DNA of 17,397 nt from Nitrososphaeraceae archaeon. GTDB lineage: Archaea; Thermoproteota; Nitrososphaeria; Nitrososphaerales; Nitrososphaeraceae. This document shows, piece by piece, positions 16,655-17,397 of the stretch; the first letter of the stretch is position 1, and each line of letters begins with the position of its first letter. The notes below the pieces were generated by a model. That model saw nothing but the letters and a program-made list of their open reading frames with translations, ran no database searches and was not told where the DNA came from. Both the position numbers and the translations under genes were made by a program. The stretch lies in NCBI GenBank assembly GCA_035250975.1, contig DATFEP010000044.1:1-17397 (forward strand), in the 5' to 3' direction.

Positions 16655-17397
16655 TTATTGTTTATAGCCACCGTAGGATAATAGAAATACTTGACCTGTT
16701 GTATTGAATTTGTTATCGGTGTATGCTTTTTCGACTTCTGATAAGGTCAAGGGCCTGTCCCATACTCTGATTTCGTCGATATCACCTGTAAAGAATTTGT
16801 CTAGATTCATGGAATTAGCTCCAATTCTCAGTGGTTGAGTACCAGTGTTATCTATCGTTGCATTATTGGTGGCTAGTTTTCCTATTTCATTTCCATCTAC
16901 ATAAAGAGACACAGCTGACCCATTAAATGTAACAGCAGCATGATGCCATTTCCCGTCATTATATTTATTTGGTGTCTTCACAAAGAAATTATCTCCTGAC
17001 GTTGCTTCAAAACCTCCTTCTACTTCATTATTATCTGTAATCCATAGCCCGTAATTCATGTTCATTCCTGTTTCGTCGGTACCCATTCCTCCTTTGTTTA
17101 CCATATGGCCAGGTTCGGTATAATTTTGAGATGTTTTAAACCAAGAAACTATGCTGAATTTAGTCAATTGTGGCGAAAAGTTATCTGGAAGGTCCTGAAA
17201 TTTTGAATCTTTAAGTGTGATAAACGGCTCATACTGATATTTTCCTGTAACATTCGCTGGCAACACTGCTGTTGCATTCGCTGGCAACACTGCTGTTGCA
17301 TTCGCTGGCAACACTGCTGTTGCATTCGCTGGCAACACTGCTGTTGCATTCGCTGGCAACACTGCTGTTGCATTCGCTGGCAACACTGCTGTAGTGT
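16655..17397 (-). CDS. LamG/concanavalin A-like surface protein, 5' end outside the window
   Basis: FSIVSWFKT, NDGKWHHAAVTFNG, LYVDG, LRIGAN and FFTGDIDEIRVWDRPLT are LamG_3 motifs. The frame stays open to the window edge, so the listed start at 17386 is probably an artefact. Confidence 0.92.
   Translation of the reverse strand, partial: TTAVLPANATAVLPANATAVLPANATAVLPANATAVLPANATAVLPANVTGKYQYEPFITLKDSKFQDLPDNFSPQLTKFSIVSWFKTSQNYTEPGHMVNKGGMGTDETGMNMNYGLWITDNNEVEGGFEATSGDNFFVKTPNKYNDGKWHHAAVTFNGSAVSLYVDGNEIGKLATNNATIDNTGTQPLRIGANSMNLDKFFTGDIDEIRVWDRPLTLSEVEKAYTDNKFNTTGQVFLLSYGGYKQ
17251..17392. repeat. Perfect 24-bp coding tandem repeat (5 full units plus 22 bp)
   Basis: Unit CATTCGCTGGCAACACTGCTGTTG on the plus strand, encoding TAVLPANA repeats on the minus strand. 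Confidence 0.97.

Noticed and set aside
17164-17373. MQQQCCQR-repeat ORF as a metallothionein-like protein
   Set aside because: It is an alternative frame of the tandem repeat inside the LamG gene.
17251-17392. 24-bp repeats as a CRISPR array
   Set aside because: Units are directly adjacent with no spacers and lie in frame within a CDS; no cas genes in the window.

Overview
AT-rich archaeal DNA, most like a soil ammonia-oxidising Nitrososphaeraceae (Nitrosocosmicus-like) genome. This is inferred from gene repertoire, TTG starts, TATA boxes about 20-30 nt before start codons, long AT-rich spacers and the IS remnants. Recognisable genes: SDR oxidoreductase, SPFH/stomatin protein, a ComA (phosphosulfolactate synthase)-like TIM barrel fused to a C-terminal winged HTH, an SsuBCA-type ABC importer, a membrane-anchored purple-acid-phosphatase-like metallophosphoesterase, an FxLYD protein, family-5 uracil-DNA glycosylase, a CBS-pair protein, a CDF metal transporter and a 5'-truncated LamG protein with a perfect 24-bp tandem repeat. 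Features missing from, or misrepresented by, the ORF track: a 47-aa CxxC/CxxC protein with a His/Cys tail (601-744, minus), IS5 and IS6 transposase remnants, a truncated second ComA-like paralog, a frameshifted half-length TauE gene and a 102-bp MITE-like structured element. The best candidate for a new system is the ComA-wHTH fusion. Its active-site motifs are degenerate, suggesting an enzyme-derived one-component sulfur/sulfonate sensor beside the importer it may regulate. No database searches were run; family consensus comparisons are from memory.
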